Made by a program: the position numbers and the translations under genes. Positions 33,795-46,294 of a stretch of 64,000 nt of DNA are shown here, piece by piece. Positions within the stretch are counted from its first letter, which is position 1. Every line of letters starts with the position of its first letter. The notes below the pieces were generated by a model. The model was not told where the DNA came from. It was given only the letters and a program-made list of their open reading frames with translations, and ran no database searches. Origin of the DNA: Chitinophagales bacterium (GTDB taxonomy: Bacteria; Bacteroidota; Bacteroidia; Chitinophagales; Saprospiraceae); contig JBBRDQ010000001.1 of NCBI GenBank assembly GCA_038203695.1, positions 14,825-78,824 on the forward strand, written 5' to 3'.

Positions 33795-34565
33795 ATGAAA
33801 CGAACGTTCCTTAGTGCGTTGATTTTATGGCTCGGTTGTCAGTCGCCACCTGTGCCAGGCGAACCGGTTGCACCAGTGCCGACGGCCCCCGATTCCCTGC
33901 AACAACGTTTGCAAGACTCTCTTGTACAAGCCGTCAACCGCAAAAAACAGGAAGCCCGCTTGGATTCCATAGCCGCTATCGCCCAATCAAAAACCATTTG
34001 GGGACCGCACAGATCAGTGGTCGGCGACTTCGATGGTGATGGCGTGCAAGACACCCTTTATGAAAAATACATCAGTCTGTTAACCGGTAAGGAGACGAAT
34101 AAGGACTATGATTTCAGGGGTACATCCAATAAAGAAATGATGGAATGGATAGACTGCCTCTTTTACAAACAAAAGTGGATCGCTCAAAAGGAACCGTTGG
34201 TGCGACTGGCCAGTAAAAATCCGGCCATCAAATCTTTTGATGTAGAATCAGGCGACTGTCAGAACGGATTTGGGTACCTGAAAAACGTTGGCGACCTGAA
34301 TGGCGACCGCACCGACGAGATCGTATATTATATTTACGATGTGGATATGTCGTCGATGAATTCCTGTGCGCTGGCGACCTATCAAAACGGTGCATGGAAA
34401 GAAGTGCGCCACTGGAACATGACGGAAAATGACTTTCTCTATGAAGAAGGTCAGCCGCAACCCAGCCCAACGTACATTAAAAAGAAAAACGGCAACGTGT
34501 ATTACAAAGAGATGGACTTCGGTTCGGGTGCACATATTTGGCGACGGCTTACAACAGATTGGTAA
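33795..34565 (+). CDS. Lipoprotein with FG-GAP/VCBS-like Ca-binding loops
   Basis: It has a lipobox (LWLGC) and two DxDxDG-like loops (GDFDGDGVQDT, GDLNGDRTDEI). Confidence 0.4.
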   Translation: MKRTFLSALILWLGCQSPPVPGEPVAPVPTAPDSLQQRLQDSLVQAVNRKKQEARLDSIAAIAQSKTIWGPHRSVVGDFDGDGVQDTLYEKYISLLTGKETNKDYDFRGTSNKEMMEWIDCLFYKQKWIAQKEPLVRLASKNPAIKSFDVESGDCQNGFGYLKNVGDLNGDRTDEIVYYIYDVDMSSMNSCALATYQNGAWKEVRHWNMTENDFLYEEGQPQPSPTYIKKKNGNVYYKEMDFGSGAHIWRRLTTDW

Positions 34566-34616
34566 ACAGGTATACACACACTCATAAACCAGTCAAACAA
34601 TCACCATAAACACTTT

Positions 34617-35083
34617 ATGCAAAACGAATTTGAAAAATACATCCAGTCGTATTTTGGGGTGCCGCAACATACGGTCGATGCCATAATGCCTTTTTTCAAG
34701 TTGCAGGAATACAAAAAAGGCGACTACTTTCTGAAAGAAGGCCGTTATGCCGACAAACTGGGCTTTGTGCAAAGCGGCATTATGCGCGAATATTTAACCG
34801 ATACTACCGGACAGGAAGTGACTAAATGGATTGCCACACCGGGGTATTTTTCGGCGACATTGCCAGTTTTTTATTCGATCAGCCGGCGCGCTGGAACCTG
34901 CAGGCATTCACCGATTGTACGCTGCTAGTGATTACCAAAACCGATTATGCGCATATCGGACAACTGGTCGCCAAATGGCCGGAACTGGAAAAACTGTTCA
35001 TCGCCCGTTGTTTTACTATTTTAGCGCAACGCATTGTCATGCACCTTTCTTGGTCGAGCGTGTTTCCAGCCGTGCACTTTTAG
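34617..35083 (+). pseudogene. Crp/Fnr-family regulator, frameshifted and 3'-truncated
   Basis: The cNMP-binding domain is split between two frames (34617-34928 and 34826-35083). The switch is at the T5 run at 34846-34850. The combined length is about 155 aa and no C-terminal HTH is present. Confidence 0.55.
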
Positions 35084-35432
35084 TTAGGTAAAAAAGTACA
35101 AAGTTGCTTGAAAATTTGAGAAAATAGGTGCTTGAAATCGGCGGTTTCAAGATGGCCGATGTGTTTTCGGTCCCGCTTATTATTGACCACAAAATCAAGG
35201 TCATATTCCAGTACATGCTCCGCATGTAGGCGTAACACCCAATCACATCTAACATCTTGTAACCGCTCGTTTCAACGGGCGGCCCAGCCTAACACCTAAT
35301 CCCATCAGCTTTCTTTTCAAACATCCACTTCCACTTCTTGATGGGATGTGCTGAAAAGAAGATGGATGTGCATCAGGGTAAAGTTTGCGACGGGTGTCTC
35401 AGCAAAAACACACGATTCTAAACATCCGTATT

Positions 35433-36017
35433 ATGCAAACAAAATGGATACTTTTTGCCCTGATGCTCTCTTCCACGGCGCTTTTTGCACAAAAAGAAAA
35501 TGAAACACTGTTCAAAAATAGCCGCGTAACCGGCGGATTTGGCGGCCCCATCTTTTCCTGGAGCAACAACAATAGCAAAACCGGCTACGGTGCCGGTGGC
35601 GGCGGTGGCGTAGTGCTCAACAATTTTTTTATCGGACTCTTTGGCATGGGGGAGACGTTCGAGCGGCCGAAAATCGGTTCGCAGCAACTTGCGCTGGGCT
35701 ACGGCGGCTTGTGGATGGGTTACACCATCCCATCGCACAAACTCCTGCACTTGTACACATCGGTCAAAGTAGCCGGCGGCGCGGTAGGGCTCACGAATTT
35801 TGAAGATGACTGGGAAATAGACGACGACCGGATTGATGCCACGCTGGTGGTCGTGCCGGAGGTCGGCCTGGAACTCAATGTGGCCCGCTGGTTTCGGCTG
35901 GGCGCTTCTGCCGGCTACCGGGTTGTAGATGGTTTCGACGGCTGGGGCAGTTATGGTAAAAGAGACCTGAATGCGCCGGTGTATGCTTTTACGCTGCGGT
36001 TTGGATGGTTTAAATAG
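35433..36017 (+). CDS. Small outer-membrane beta-barrel-like protein
   Basis: It has a signal peptide (MQTKWILFALMLSSTALFAQ), Gly-rich alternating strands and an aromatic C-terminus (FTLRFGWFK). Confidence 0.45.
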   Translation: MQTKWILFALMLSSTALFAQKENETLFKNSRVTGGFGGPIFSWSNNNSKTGYGAGGGGGVVLNNFFIGLFGMGETFERPKIGSQQLALGYGGLWMGYTIPSHKLLHLYTSVKVAGGAVGLTNFEDDWEIDDDRIDATLVVVPEVGLELNVARWFRLGASAGYRVVDGFDGWGSYGKRDLNAPVYAFTLRFGWFK

Positions 36018-36029
36018 TGGGTTTGGGTA

Positions 36030-36112
36030 GCGCGTTTTGAGTTCGTTACATTGGACGCACGATTGCCAGCATGTTTGGAAAACAGCGAATGGTTGCGTAA
36101 CTCAAAACGCGC
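36030..36112. repeat. GAGTTTT/CTCAAAA-based inverted repeat between convergent genes; likely terminator
   Basis: gcgcgttttgagtt (36030-36043) faces aactcaaaacgcgc (36099-36112). A further CTCAAAA unit at 36118-36124 contains the acs stop codon. Confidence 0.5.
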
Positions 36113-36118
36113 AAAAAC

Positions 36119-38026
<1,908 letters not shown>

Positions 38027-38117
38027 GGTAATGATGCAAATGAGTAGATGGTGAGGGAGCAGGAATTAAGGGGGTAAAAAGGTGTGTATCTGGTCAAGTA
38101 CATGTATCCCCAAGTTT

Positions 38118-38381
38118 TTATTCCTTTCCGGTCATACTTGAATCGCGTGCAATCCGATCGTATTCCCCTTTCCAGGCATACCATCCGAACAGGCACAATC
38201 CGGACATGATCGGGGTGAAAATCGGAATGATAATATACCAGAACATTTTGGTATCGAGCACCGCCGTGCCGATTTTGGTAGCAACATCAATCTCAGTACC
38301 GGCCTGTTTAACCATTAGAAATAAAACGGCCACTCCCAGAAATATCCACAAGAAACCGGAAAAACGTTTGAGCACATTCAT
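38118..38381 (-). CDS. Small membrane protein (2-3 TM), start uncertain (38381 or 38429)
   Basis: MNVLKRFSGFLWIFLGVAVLFLMV... is hydrophobic. It lies between the MFS transporter and acs on the same strand. Confidence 0.4.
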   Translation of the reverse strand: MNVLKRFSGFLWIFLGVAVLFLMVKQAGTEIDVATKIGTAVLDTKMFWYIIIPIFTPIMSGLCLFGWYAWKGEYDRIARDSSMTGKE

Positions 38382-38437
38382 ATTGATAGTAGCGTGTGAT
38401 TCAATGTATGAAAATAATTGTCCAGGCAAATGTGCGT

Positions 38438-40021
38438 TTAGTCGAGCACATTTTCATCATTTTTCCAGGGTAGAAAAAGCATTCCCAGCACAAAACAGAT
38501 GCCACCCACAATAATGGGATACCACAGCCCCACATACGGATCTCCAGAGGGGTTGTTCGCTGTTTTACTGGCATCAAACAGCCGCGTGGCAATAAATGGG
38601 GTGAGTCCGCCGAAAATGCCATTGCCAATATGATATGGCAGCGACATCGACGTGTAGCGAATACGCGTCGGAAATAACTCGACCAGGAAAGCCGCAATCG
38701 GGCCGTAGACCATGGTCACGTATAGAATCTGGATAAACACCCATAATGCCATCATCCAGAAGTCATAAGAAGACAACCAGAAGGTATTGGTTATTTCGGG
38801 TTTTACCGCAAGTTTGGAGGCATCCGCCAGTACGGTCGCCTTTTTCACTACTTTCAGGGATGCTCCGTCGGTAAAAAAGCGCATGGTCGCGGTGGTAAAC
38901 GTTGAGTCTCCGGTAGCGGTCACGACCACCGTGGTGTTGACCGAACGCTGTGCCATTATTTCCGTTTTGGCGTCCGGATCGGCCAGATGGTACATAGCCT
39001 TGTAAATGGGACGATACGTGACGATCGCCAGCAGCATACCACTCATCATAATGGCTTTTCGGCCTACTTTGTCCGACCAGGCACCAAAGACCAGGAAGAA
39101 AGGCGTGACGGCCAGAATGGCGATGCACAACAGGTACCGCACCTGTTCAAACTCCACCGCAAGCGTGCGTTCGATAAAGGTTTGCGCATAAAACTGGCCG
39201 GTGTACCAGATCACGCCCTGGCCCATTACTGCCGCAAATAGGGCCAATAACACCATTTTCAGGTTGGCTTTGCGGGCAAATGATTCTTTCAATGGATTCG
39301 TAGAGATTTTCCCTTCCCGCTTGATTTTGGCAAACATGGGCGACTCAGCCATGCGCATCCGGATGTAAACCGATACAGCAATCAGAAAGATCGATACAAT
39401 AAACGGCACCCGCCAGCCCCAGTCATTGAATACCTCGACGCCCAGCACTTTCCGCGTGGTCAGAATCACGCCCAGGGACAGGAAGAAACCCAGCGTGGCG
39501 GTCGTCTGAATATATGCGGTGAAATAACCGCGACGATGCGCGGGGGCATGTTCGGCTACGTAGGTCGCCGCGCCCCCGTATTCGCCGCCCAGGGCTAGCC
39601 CCTGCACAAAGCGCAACAACAGGATCAACACCGGTGCCCATATCCCGATTTGCCGGTATCCGGGTATCAGCCCGATGGCAAAAGTGGAGCCGCCCATCAA
39701 CAGGAGCGTCAGCAGAAAGGTGTATTTACGCCCGATACGGTCGCCAATGCGGCCGAACACCAGGGCACCGAAAGGACGCACGATAAACCCCGCCGCGAAA
39801 GTGGCCAGTGTAGCCAGGAAGGCTGCGGTGGGATTGTCCTGTGGAAAAAATTGCCTGGAAATGGTCGTCGCCATCGCACCAAAGATGTAAAAGTCGTACC
39901 ACTCAATCAGGGTACCTACCGACGAGGCCATAATGACTTTCATCAATCCCTGGGTACCAGTAGCATCTTGTATAGCCGTGTCACGCATAAATTTGGACGG
40001 AGTATCGGACTGTATCTGCAA
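38438..40021 (-). CDS. MFS transporter, metabolite:H+ symporter (MHS)-like
   Basis: It has WYDFYIFG, the VFGRIGDRIGRK loop signature and about 12 TM segments. A hydrophilic insert of about 70 aa (ADPDAKTEIMAQRS...KPEITN) is also present. Confidence 0.75.
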   Translation of the reverse strand: MQIQSDTPSKFMRDTAIQDATGTQGLMKVIMASSVGTLIEWYDFYIFGAMATTISRQFFPQDNPTAAFLATLATFAAGFIVRPFGALVFGRIGDRIGRKYTFLLTLLLMGGSTFAIGLIPGYRQIGIWAPVLILLLRFVQGLALGGEYGGAATYVAEHAPAHRRGYFTAYIQTTATLGFFLSLGVILTTRKVLGVEVFNDWGWRVPFIVSIFLIAVSVYIRMRMAESPMFAKIKREGKISTNPLKESFARKANLKMVLLALFAAVMGQGVIWYTGQFYAQTFIERTLAVEFEQVRYLLCIAILAVTPFFLVFGAWSDKVGRKAIMMSGMLLAIVTYRPIYKAMYHLADPDAKTEIMAQRSVNTTVVVTATGDSTFTTATMRFFTDGASLKVVKKATVLADASKLAVKPEITNTFWLSSYDFWMMALWVFIQILYVTMVYGPIAAFLVELFPTRIRYTSMSLPYHIGNGIFGGLTPFIATRLFDASKTANNPSGDPYVGLWYPIIVGGICFVLGMLFLPWKNDENVLD

Positions 40022-40101
40022 AACTAAAATGTCGAAACAAAATCAGGTCGATCCTGCTACAGGCACTTGATTATTGGTGGCCGGACAAATGTAGTGTAAT
40101 C

Positions 40102-40560
40102 TTAGCGGGACGGTTTAAGATGTTTTTCGCACGTTGCCATCCACTGCTCAGGCGTTATTTTAGTGCATAATTCGCCCAACAATGCCACCGGCACATCGGC
40201 CGCTTTTTTGAAGCGCACACAGCACTTGCCCATATCCGGTTTTTTAGTAGAAACCTTGGCGTACGCTTCGAGAAACCATGTCAACAATGGCCCTTCGTAC
40301 AAAGCCATGTGGTAAAATGAGATGTAGTTTTTTTGCGAAGCCAGACTGATAAAAGGCAACGGCATTTTCGGATCGCAATGGTACCCAGTCGGGTAGAGCG
40401 AATGCGGCACCACATAACACAACATGCCATAACCCATAGTGGAAGCAAATCCTTTGGGCAGATTGTCTACAATAGCATAATGCAAATCCGTGATAACGGC
40501 TTTCCGGTCTTCCGGCAGGGAGTTGAGATATTCGGCAGGTGTGGCTGCTTTTGATGTCAT
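40102..40560 (-). CDS. DUF1801 (YdhG-like) domain protein
   Basis: It is 152 aa. The pattern PAEYLNSLPEDRKAVITDL...ISFYHMALY...KCCVRFKK is typical of DUF1801. Confidence 0.5.
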   Translation of the reverse strand: MTSKAATPAEYLNSLPEDRKAVITDLHYAIVDNLPKGFASTMGYGMLCYVVPHSLYPTGYHCDPKMPLPFISLASQKNYISFYHMALYEGPLLTWFLEAYAKVSTKKPDMGKCCVRFKKAADVPVALLGELCTKITPEQWMATCEKHLKPSR

Positions 40561-40588
40561 GGACTGGATTTTTTACGCGTGTATTGCC

Positions 40589-40969
40589 TTATTTTACCTT
40601 AACATAGTATAAAGGTCTGGAAAATCTCAAATTTCCATTATAATCAATCATATCGATTATAGGCCCTACCTGATCCGAACAGATGGAAAGCCGGTTTTTA
40701 CGCTCGTCCCAGTACCAGGTTTGCAACAAGCGAAGGGATTTAATATTATTAAGATTTATATCGTTGCGTACGATTACCACTTTCTCTTCATACGTTTCAG
40801 GATCGAAGGTAATAACGGTATCTACTTTGGAAACTATGCTGAGCCGGTCTTGCAACGGCATGGGCTTCCTGGCTTCCACAGTCGCATAAAATTGTCCTTT
40901 TGGATCGTCTCTGAACAACCCCAAATTATGTTCCACCGGATTCTGAAAACCATCCAGCAATTTTAGCAC
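40589..40969 (-). CDS. Hypothetical protein
   Basis: It is a 126-aa ORF with no signal peptide and no motif I recognise. It may be a gene fragment. Confidence 0.3.
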   Translation of the reverse strand: MLKLLDGFQNPVEHNLGLFRDDPKGQFYATVEARKPMPLQDRLSIVSKVDTVITFDPETYEEKVVIVRNDINLNNIKSLRLLQTWYWDERKNRLSICSDQVGPIIDMIDYNGNLRFSRPLYYVKVK

Positions 40970-41073
40970 ATGCGGCTGGCATACTTTTCTTACCGTTTCA
41001 ATAACGCCCCGAAAGTAGCATATTACATTCGCCCCGTAATAGTGTTTTCAATATTACTTTCAAATTTTCTGCC

Positions 41074-43068
41074 ATGAATATTCGCCTGTTATCCCTTCTG
41101 TTTAGCCTCTTTTTTACCACGACGTCTTACGCGCAATGCTGGAACCTGGTCTGGTCCGATGAATTCAGCGGCACTGCGCTCAACACGGCCGACTGGTCGT
41201 ACAATACCGGCGCTGGCGGCTGGGGCAACAACGAACTGCAATATTACACCGCGCGGACAGAAAACGTCAGCGTCGATAATGGCAGCCTGAAAATCAAGGC
41301 ATTAGCCGAAAATTATATGGGCAGCAACTATACTTCTGCACGCATTGTAACCAAGGATAAGGTGGCGTTCGCCTACGGAAAATTTGTGGCCCGCCTGAAA
41401 TTGCCCACCGGACAAGGCATCTGGCCGGCGTTCTGGATGCTGGCCGACAACAGTCCGTATGGCGGCTGGCCCTACGGCGGCGAAATTGATATTATGGAAC
41501 TGATCGGTAACCAGCCCGCCCGCTCGTATGGCACGATCCATGGTGCCAACGGAAATGTGCACGTTTCTTACGGCAATTATTATGACCTGCCCAGCGGCAT
41601 TTTCGCCGACGCTTTTCATGAGTTTTCAGTGGAGTGGGAGCCCGGTACGATTCGGTATTACATCGATAACATCTTATACCAAACCATTACCAATACCCAG
41701 TTGGGCGCAAATCCATGGCCTTTCGACCAGCCTTTTTCTTTGTTGTTAAATATAGCAGTCGGCGGCAATTGGCCCGGCAGTCCCAATATTAACACGGTTT
41801 TCCCGCAGACGATGGAAGCAGACTGGATCCGCATCTATCAAAAACTGGAAGATGTGGCGGTAAGCGGCCCGACGCTGGTCGAACCCGGCGCGACCAGTAC
41901 AACCTATACGGCCGGCGATATTCCGGGCACCACTTATACCTGGTCGGTTCCGACGGACGCTACCATCGCCAGCGGACAAGGCACGCATAGTATTCAGGTG
42001 AATTGGGGCAGCACGGGTGGCGAGGTGGCCGTACAATTGAACAACGGCTGTGGTACGATTACGCCATCCCTGACCGTGGATGTTTCGACCAATATCTGGG
42101 CAAATCCGGCATTTGAACAAGATCTGGCCAACTGGAATTTCCGCACCGGCAACACAGCGACCGGAAATATTGCCATCACCACCACTAATGTGCAGCAAGG
42201 CACTAAAGCCGCCAGTATCCAGGTCATTACCGCCGGGGTTAATCCCTGGGACGTGCAGTTGTCGCGCCTGGCTACCGGCATTATACCTGGCCAGCAATAT
42301 ACGCTGTCCTTTTGGGTCAGGGCGGATGCTACTCGCCTGGCGTCATTCGCGTTTATTCATCCGACCAATTATACCTGGTACGCCGGTGGCAATTTCACCG
42401 CTACCACCGCCTGGCAAAAAATCACCCTTAACTTCACTGCCCCGGCCGGGCAAACGGCATTGCTGTTCAATATCGACCTGGGGCGTTTTTCCGCAGCCAC
42501 CTATGTAGTCGACAATTTTGAACTAGGCCAGACGCTGCTGTTACCGATCGAGTTATACGCGTTCACCGGGCAGCGTTCGCAAGCACAAACGGTTTCTTTG
42601 CAATGGTCAGCATTTGAACGCGAAGTAGACCACTACGAACTGGAACGCGCCGATGGTAATGACTTGTATTTCAAGACAATAGGTCGTATGCCAGCCACTG
42701 GCGACAACACGCGGGAAACCTATCAGTTTGAAGACAACAACGTGCCGGAAGCCACTTTATACTATCGCATTGCCAGTTTTGACAACGACGGGACGCAGCA
42801 GAAATCGGCGATCGTAACGGTTGAAAGTTTAAAAATCCCGATTACCATTGCACCCAACCCGACGCAAAATACCTTCCGTATTGTGGCGGCGCTATTGCCT
42901 TATGCAGTAGAAATAACCGATGTCAGTGGACGGATCATTGAACGCCGTACGGAAACCAACAGCGATGATTCATACTCTTTGGCGGATTATCCCACCGGCA
43001 CCTACTACATCAAAGTATGGATATCGGAAAAATCGCTGCCGGTTTCGTCGATTATTCAAAAACAATAG
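41074..43068 (+). CDS. GH16 beta-glucanase (laminarinase-like) with CBM-like domain and T9SS type A sorting domain
   Basis: It has a signal peptide and the GH16 catalytic motif GGEIDIMELIG. A central carbohydrate-binding-like module follows, then an LLPIELYAFTGQ... domain. The tail reads IAPNPTQNTFRI...GTYYIKV. Confidence 0.8.
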   Translation: MNIRLLSLLFSLFFTTTSYAQCWNLVWSDEFSGTALNTADWSYNTGAGGWGNNELQYYTARTENVSVDNGSLKIKALAENYMGSNYTSARIVTKDKVAFAYGKFVARLKLPTGQGIWPAFWMLADNSPYGGWPYGGEIDIMELIGNQPARSYGTIHGANGNVHVSYGNYYDLPSGIFADAFHEFSVEWEPGTIRYYIDNILYQTITNTQLGANPWPFDQPFSLLLNIAVGGNWPGSPNINTVFPQTMEADWIRIYQKLEDVAVSGPTLVEPGATSTTYTAGDIPGTTYTWSVPTDATIASGQGTHSIQVNWGSTGGEVAVQLNNGCGTITPSLTVDVSTNIWANPAFEQDLANWNFRTGNTATGNIAITTTNVQQGTKAASIQVITAGVNPWDVQLSRLATGIIPGQQYTLSFWVRADATRLASFAFIHPTNYTWYAGGNFTATTAWQKITLNFTAPAGQTALLFNIDLGRFSAATYVVDNFELGQTLLLPIELYAFTGQRSQAQTVSLQWSAFEREVDHYELERADGNDLYFKTIGRMPATGDNTRETYQFEDNNVPEATLYYRIASFDNDGTQQKSAIVTVESLKIPITIAPNPTQNTFRIVAALLPYAVEITDVSGRIIERRTETNSDDSYSLADYPTGTYYIKVWISEKSLPVSSIIQKQ

Positions 43069-43071
43069 ATA

Positions 43072-44154
43072 CTATCCTGCTTTCAATTTCATCCGGTACG
43101 CCATCACCAGCGGAATGACCTTGCCGTAATTCGCCATCCCTTCCGGAATCCCTTGCGCTTTCAAATATTGGTCGTACACATCATACCGAAATGCCGCAAA
43201 ATACTCCGGGTATTGGGCCATTTGCTGGTAAATATTGTCCAGATCGGCGCGAAATCCGGTTGGCAACGCTGCGCGAAACGGCAGGTACGCCTCCGGCTCC
43301 AGTTGCCGGTAGGTACTGGCCAGTTCCCGCCAGTAATCCAGTTCCGCCGAGTAGCGCAACAAAGGATCATTAGAATTTTCCAGCGCCAGATACGCCAGAA
43401 AGTTGCACGTCCCTTCATCGGCAAAACCGTAACCGTGACAAAATTCGTGGGCCAGGTTGTATGGTTTAGTCAAAGGATGCAGACCCTGGTCAATATTGCA
43501 TTCGCCCGTAAAGGGATTGTAAATACCCGCCGCCCCGAACCGCAACAGAAAGCCATCCCAAAACGGCTGTCGGCCACGCGGCCGCCCCGGTGTAGGGTAG
43601 CCCAGGAGTTGTAATTCCCGGGTTACCTCCCGACGTATATCGTGTTCCAGTTTCGCTGGCGCGAATTCCAGCGCGAGCGGCTGGCTGCTATCGGCTTGTA
43701 TCTGCCTGCGCAAGGCCAAAACCAGTGTGGTTTGGGTATCCAGCGCCATTTTTAAATTTTCGGTCGTTAGGGAAATAGCCGGCAACGCCAGGTGTTGTTC
43801 GATCGGAATACGGCTGTAATTATAACCCCATACCCAGTAGAAAAGCGCAATCGTACCGGCTATAAACGCCAGCAAATGGCGACCGGATTGCAGCAGGCGT
43901 TGGCGAAGGGGTACTGTTTTCCGAAATAAAAATGACCCGCCAAGGATCAATTTCCAAAGCAGCACCGCAAACAACAAATACGTAAACGGAAACGGCAGCC
44001 AGCCCGGCAAATAATCGATCGTATAGCGAACGCCCTGAAAAAAGCCCCGGCTATACCACTGCTCGGTCCAGGCAGGGTGCGCCTGCAACAGGGTGCGTAA
44101 GACCAGAGAAAAACCGGCAAAGAGAAACCAGAAATATTTTTTTAGAAATTTCAT
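43072..44154 (-). CDS. DUF3810 domain membrane protein (putative Zn-peptidase-like)
   Basis: It has N-terminal TM helices and a NLAHEFCHGYGFADEGTCNFLAYLA block. Confidence 0.55.
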   Translation of the reverse strand: MKFLKKYFWFLFAGFSLVLRTLLQAHPAWTEQWYSRGFFQGVRYTIDYLPGWLPFPFTYLLFAVLLWKLILGGSFLFRKTVPLRQRLLQSGRHLLAFIAGTIALFYWVWGYNYSRIPIEQHLALPAISLTTENLKMALDTQTTLVLALRRQIQADSSQPLALEFAPAKLEHDIRREVTRELQLLGYPTPGRPRGRQPFWDGFLLRFGAAGIYNPFTGECNIDQGLHPLTKPYNLAHEFCHGYGFADEGTCNFLAYLALENSNDPLLRYSAELDYWRELASTYRQLEPEAYLPFRAALPTGFRADLDNIYQQMAQYPEYFAAFRYDVYDQYLKAQGIPEGMANYGKVIPLVMAYRMKLKAG

Positions 44155-44216
44155 TCGGACTGGTGCTGGTATAAAGGTGCAAATTTAGGGTGACGGTTTG
44201 ATCGCAGCACCATTCC

Positions 44217-45146
44217 TTATTTATCCCAGCATGCCCCCTTCACAGCTTTGGCAAATTCTACATCGCGCACCAGGCGCAAATACGAATCGCGGTTGTATTC
44301 CCGGCTCGTTGCCGGCAGGTCGTTCTGGTGAATAAAATGGGCCAGTACCGGCCAACCCTGCCGTTCCAGCGCAACGCGGGTGACACAAAAACAGTGCTGG
44401 TCGGTTTCACCCGGATGATTGGACTGTTCTGCCTGCGCCGCGAGTTTCAAATAATTCGCCACCGTAGGCGCAGTAGGGCGGGTAAAGTTAATGCGGTGCA
44501 CTTGTGGGTCGTCGGGCAGATAAGTCGCCTCGAATTCATCCTGATCGGTGAGTGGAAAATTATTGGGCAGCATAATAGCGCCCGTATCCGGCACCACAAA
44601 TTTGCCGGCCACCTGTGCCCCGTCTGCCGTTGAGAATCCATAGACTACTTTTCGTTGCAGCGATTCTTCCACCACGTACAGGCGGGCGTTGGACGTGCTG
44701 CCGGCGGTATTGAGTTGCTGTTCAAGTAATGGCGTGAGTTTACTGCTGATACTGCGTTCGTAGGCGCGATTTTTCTGACTGCGGCCATATTGTTGCAGGC
44801 CGAAAACGGCCAGTCCCAATACTACCACCAGTCCGACTACGAAATATACCAGGTATTTATTGTTCTTCCTGGCGTCGGCTTTACGCTCGCGATTGCGGGG
44901 CGTATCAACGGTTTTATTGACGACAAATTCGTATCCAAAGCCGTTGGACTGTTTTTCCAGGTGCACTTCACAGAGTTCATCTTCAATAAAAAACGAGTAA
45001 TTCCGCGATTCCAGCACCGAAAAATCAATTTGCACAACCCGCATATTACAATGGATGACCAAATGGCCCGTACGATCGCCATGGTACAGACCGACCTTAT
45101 GCCGTCCGCCGCGATTGTCGAGGAAAACCCAACCCATTTGTGCCAT
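44217..45146 (-). CDS. Hypothetical single-pass membrane protein
   Basis: It is 309 aa with a central TM helix (YLVYFVVGLVVVLGLAVFGL). I recognise no motif. Confidence 0.35.
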   Translation of the reverse strand: MAQMGWVFLDNRGGRHKVGLYHGDRTGHLVIHCNMRVVQIDFSVLESRNYSFFIEDELCEVHLEKQSNGFGYEFVVNKTVDTPRNRERKADARKNNKYLVYFVVGLVVVLGLAVFGLQQYGRSQKNRAYERSISSKLTPLLEQQLNTAGSTSNARLYVVEESLQRKVVYGFSTADGAQVAGKFVVPDTGAIMLPNNFPLTDQDEFEATYLPDDPQVHRINFTRPTAPTVANYLKLAAQAEQSNHPGETDQHCFCVTRVALERQGWPVLAHFIHQNDLPATSREYNRDSYLRLVRDVEFAKAVKGACWDK

Positions 45147-45205
45147 ATTGCCATCGTTGAAATGCGAAAGTGGAATAACGCAGCAAACGGCACTGCATTA
45201 TGCAC

Positions 45206-46015
45206 TTAAACCAATTCCAGGGACAACTGTTCGATGGCGTTTTTCAGAAAATTCGGAATAATGGTCTGGAATGTAAGTTGGATCTTTTGCGGATTCGATA
45301 AATCGTGGATCATGTGCTCATAACGCGCCGGACCATGCTCTTCCACAATGGATGCCTTGCGCTCCGGCTCCAGGAAATATTTCAGCAGACCCTCCGGATC
45401 GGCTTCCGGGTGAAACTGGGTGCCGATCATTTCCGGACTGAAACGAACGGCCATAATCGCCCGTTCAAAGTGTACGTGTGGCCGCAATTTTTCCAGGCAT
45501 AAAATCTCCGCGCCCATCGCATGCAACTGCCGCGTATTGGCATTTACCACCTGATACCGGCGGAAATCGGCGATGTAAAATGGTTCCGGCAAATGTTCGA
45601 ACACCGGCTCTACTTTTCCGCTGTGGGTTTTGTGGACGGGATAGGTGCCGAACGACATTTTGTAGCGCTGGTTCACTTCGCCTATTCCGAAGTGATGGCA
45701 AGCCATCTGGAACGAATGACAAATGAAAAAGCAGTGTTTTTTCGGCTCCTGCCGGGTTTTTAGATTGAACTGCCACAAGCCTTCAATCAGCGCATAAAAG
45801 CGATCGTGCCACGGTCCGTCATTGAGCATCGGGTCGCCGGGACCACCCGAAAACAGGTAAATGTCGTACGAAAGGTCGGGGATTTCATTTTTGGCACGTA
45901 CATCGAAATGATCGAAGGTCAGTTCGTCGGCATAGCGGCCCAGGATGTTTCGAAGCATCGGAATCCCGCGATTTGATTCGCCATTGTACATATCCACCAG
46001 TGCTGCACGCAACAT
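45206..46015 (-). CDS. Class I glutamine amidotransferase-like protein
   Basis: It has a nucleophile elbow (FFICHSFQ) and a His/Glu pair (QFHPEAD). Confidence 0.6.
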   Translation of the reverse strand: MLRAALVDMYNGESNRGIPMLRNILGRYADELTFDHFDVRAKNEIPDLSYDIYLFSGGPGDPMLNDGPWHDRFYALIEGLWQFNLKTRQEPKKHCFFICHSFQMACHHFGIGEVNQRYKMSFGTYPVHKTHSGKVEPVFEHLPEPFYIADFRRYQVVNANTRQLHAMGAEILCLEKLRPHVHFERAIMAVRFSPEMIGTQFHPEADPEGLLKYFLEPERKASIVEEHGPARYEHMIHDLSNPQKIQLTFQTIIPNFLKNAIEQLSLELV

Positions 46016-46241
46016 AGTATTCCATTTTTAGACATGAAAGATGACCTGGTGTACTAAAAAGCAGTGCCAGGAGCGCATTACACAATAAAAAACAGCGGGT
46101 GTGATCGGCGGGATGAAGGTCGTGGTGCTGCGCAATTTTTAACGGCACATTTTGACACGCCTGTCTGACAAAGGTCACCATTCAACCTGGAATTTTGAAA
46201 CAGTTGGCAGGGTTTAATTTTGGCAGCCCGCCACAAAGCAG

Positions 46242-46249
46242 TATCTTTG
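46242..46249 (+). promoter_or_regulatory. -7 box TAtcTTTG upstream of 46295
   Basis: It matches the consensus 46 nt before the ATG. Confidence 0.4.
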
Positions 46250-46294
46250 TGCCCTTTAAAATAGTTTATACATTGATCTTCAAATACTTACAGT

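Noticed and set aside
35084-35432. A 350-bp gap after the Crp remnant, scanned for a tRNA, small RNA or riboswitch. It contains short hairpins such as cttgaaa..tttcaag.
   Set aside because: I could find no tRNA cloverleaf landmarks (no GTTCRANYC T-loop) and no conserved riboswitch core. It is probably debris from the same deletion that removed the regulator's HTH. I cannot exclude an sRNA without expression data.
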